The notes under the pieces were generated by a model. It saw nothing but the letters and a program-made list of their open reading frames with translations. It did no database searches and was not told the DNA's origin. DNA of 64,000 bases from Mustelus asterias. Lineage: Eukaryota. Position 1 is the stretch's first letter, and the number at the start of each line of letters is the position of its first letter. Positions 61,563 through 64,000 of this stretch are shown here, in pieces. The stretch spans positions 59,830,001 to 59,894,000 of the forward strand of contig NC_135822.1 of assembly GCF_964213995.1 (NCBI RefSeq), given 5' to 3'. The translations under genes and the position numbers were made by a program.

Positions 61563-62644
61563 CTTTCATAGGAGACAGGGACAGCAGTTGTACCCACAAT
61601 TTGCAAAGGTTGCCTGTATAGTTTCTCAGCCTTGCTGAGGTCTTGGTTAACATTAAGGGTTGGCATCCAGGGCAAATTTTACAGAATACTGATTCTCCGA
61701 CCACCAATACTGCCGCACCCGTATTGATCTCCGTGAGTACCGGATGTCCATTTAACCATACATGTATCTTGATTGAGTCTGATTTGGACTTTGCTATCCA
61801 ATTTAATTACTCTAAATCAGATGTAGGTTGACCTTCCGGGCTGTGAACTCTCCTGGATACCAGCCTACATGTTGTTTTTCTAAATCTAGGTCGCGTAGGG
61901 CTCCTTTGCTGTTTTGATTCTGCATACTGGCAACCATTACAAAGCACAACCTGGTGGGATTCTGAAGGACTTGTGATTGTTTGGTTGCATTTTGGCTTTG
62001 CATTGGGGTTGAGCTGCAAGCAGACTTGGAATTACGTGTATCTGGATGTTTCCTGAGTGAGGCTATGTAATTGCCTGAGTTCAAGTGGTGGTCACCAAGC
62101 TCAGTTGAACTGGCATGGCTATCCACTTCCATTGGGATACCTTGCAATTCATATGCTCCACTTGCAGTGCATTCCAATGATACAGCCAGCTGTAATGCCT
62201 GTTTGAAGTCCAGTTGAGTTTCAGCTAATAGGCGTTTTTGAATAGTTACTTTATTAATCTCGCATACCAGATGGTCTCTAAGCATCTCATTAAGAGTTAA
62301 ATCAAATTCACATGCTTTTGCCAGTCGTCTTAACCTAGTTAAGAAATTCGTAACTGATTCTCCTGGCTCTCTGGCTGCCGAGTAAAGCCAACAATGTCTC
62401 AGAATCAGAGGAGGCTTGGGGTTGTAGTATTCTCTAACTAATCAATTCCTGAAAGGTTTTAGTATCCGATGCCTCAGGGAAAATTAAACTCTGAATGACA
62501 GCAAATGCTGAAGCCCAATAGGCAGTCAGGAGAATTTTCGTCTGCTATATTTTTGCCTGAAAAAGTAATGCAAGTGTCCCACATATTGGGCCAGTCCTCA
62601 ATGTCAGGGTCGACCAACTGTACCCTCCCAAATAAAGGCATGAT

Positions 62645-63037
62645 CATAAGACCATAAGACATAGGAGCGGAAGTAAGGCCATTCGGCCCATCGAGTCCAC
62701 TCCACCATTCAATCATGGTTGATTTCAAATTCCTCGAGAAATCAAGAATTTATCAATTTCTGTCTTGTAGACGCTCAACGTCTCAGCCTCCACAGCCCTC
62801 TGTGGCAATGAATTCCACAGACCTACCACTCTCTGGCTGAAGAAATTTCTCCTCATCTCTGTTCTAAAGTGACTCCCTTTTATTCTAAGGCTGTGCCCCC
62901 GCGTCCTAGTCTCCCCTGCTAATGGAAACAACTTCCCTACGTCCATCCTATCTAAGCCGTTCATTATCTTGTAAGTTTCTATTAGATCTCCCCTCAACCT
63001 CCTAAACTCCAATGAATATAATCCCACGATCCTCAGA
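62645..63037 (-). mobile_element. 5'-truncated CR1 inserted at the Gypsy gag start
   Basis: LYSLEFRRLRGDLIETYK; TSD CATGAT at 62639-62644 and 63038-63043. Confidence 0.85.
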
Positions 63038-63469
63038 CATGATGTAAAAGAATGGCTTACCACACTTAGGCTAATTGTTGCGAGAGAGTTCCTTCAGAAT
63101 CGTGCTTTACCTCATCGCCACTGAAATAACACCCATGAGGCCGATGTCCCTTCACCAAATCCAGATTTATTTACAATACTTCGTAAAACACAGACAGGTA
63201 CTTCCCGGTTTAGAATATACATCCTGAGTGCTGGCAACCCCAACACACTACATAATATATATCTCTGCAGGGCTCCCGGATTGGACAGCCTTAACTGCCT
63301 CAATCAGGGAGTTATTTTTCTATCAGGTCTTGTGGACCTCATTAAAGTCCTTATAGAAGCCACCCCACACTGCCAGGAAACCCACGGCAGGGGGGTGCGC
63401 CTGGACCAGAGAATCCTGCTGGAGAATGGCCGGAGAATTAAGCCATCCTGTCCACATCCACTCTGTCAG

Positions 63470-63785
63470 CAGCATGGTGGCAGAGTGGTTAGCACTGCTG
63501 CCTCACGTTACCAGGGACCGGGGTTTGATTCCTGGTTTGGGTCACTGTCTGTGCGGAGTCTGCACATTCTCCCTGTGTCTCCATGGGTTTCCTCTGGGTG
63601 CTCTGGTTTCCTCCCTCAGTCCAAAAGGTGTGCTAATTAGGTGCAATGGCCATGCTAAATTCTCCCTCAGCGTACCTAAACAGGTGCCGGAGTGTGGTGA
63701 CTAGGGAACCTTCACAGCCTTCATTGTAGTGTTAATGTAAGCCTACTTGTGACACGAATAAAATAAACTTCAAACTAAACTAAAA
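63470..63785 (+). mobile_element. V-SINE (type-B tail)
   Basis: Boxes A and B, V-domain, tail ..TGTGACACGAATAAATAAACTT(CAAACT/AAACT). Confidence 0.85.
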
Positions 63786-63789
63786 TGGC

Positions 63790-64000
63790 ATGCCCTGTAA
63801 GAATTTTATAAGTTTCAATTAGATCACCTCTCATTCTTGAAATCGAAAGAATACAGGCCTATTTTTCTCAATCTCTCTTCATAAGAAAACCCCACCATCC
63901 CAGGGATTAGTCTGGTGCACTTCTGTTGCACTCCCTCAATGTTAAGTATATCATTCCTTAGATAAAGTGACCAAAATTGTACAAAATACTCACGGTGTAG
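63790..64000 (-). mobile_element. Old CR1 fragment (probably continuous with 57530-57615 before the MITE, Gypsy and SINE insertions)
   Basis: Reverse complement gives VQFWS..L, EGVQQK.TRL.PG and RGDLIETYKIL. Confidence 0.65.

Larger units (their letters stand above)
57724..63355 (-). mobile_element. Degraded full-length Gypsy LTR retrotransposon
   Basis: LTRs 63122-63355 and 57724-57948; PBS TGGCGATGAGG (63110-63120); PPT GGGGAGGGA; TSD GAAGC at 57719-57723 and 63356-63360; gag LRDHLVC, protease EINTGAA, RT YLDDVL, integrase VSDSGPSF. Confidence 0.9.

Overview
Vertebrate genomic DNA, almost certainly a cartilaginous fish (shark): it carries HE1-like V-SINEs, Deu-type SINEs, esterase-ORF1 CR1 LINEs, Rex1/Babar, RTE, Penelope-like elements (PLEs), Gypsy LTR elements and PIF/Harbinger relics, many nested inside one another. 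I recognised no host protein-coding exon. A repeat-poor island at about 46.9-50.7 kb looks like a promoter with two 5' exons of an unidentified gene. Two near-intact full-length CR1s from different subfamilies lie head-to-head (17.6-21.8 kb minus, 23.7-27.7 kb plus). Top observation: all three CR1 ORF1/ORF2 junctions in the window end ORF1 with an in-phase U_UUA_AAC slippery heptamer, then a stop codon and a G-rich tract. In the intact plus-strand copy ORF2 is open in exactly the -1 frame from that heptamer, which suggests a retrovirus-like programmed -1 ribosomal frameshift making an ORF1-ORF2 fusion. Second: a PLE family carrying minimal hammerhead ribozymes has left four snap-back (palindromic) insertions with target-site duplications (TSDs). 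Boundaries of degraded repeats are approximate, and family names come from motif recognition, not from database searches.
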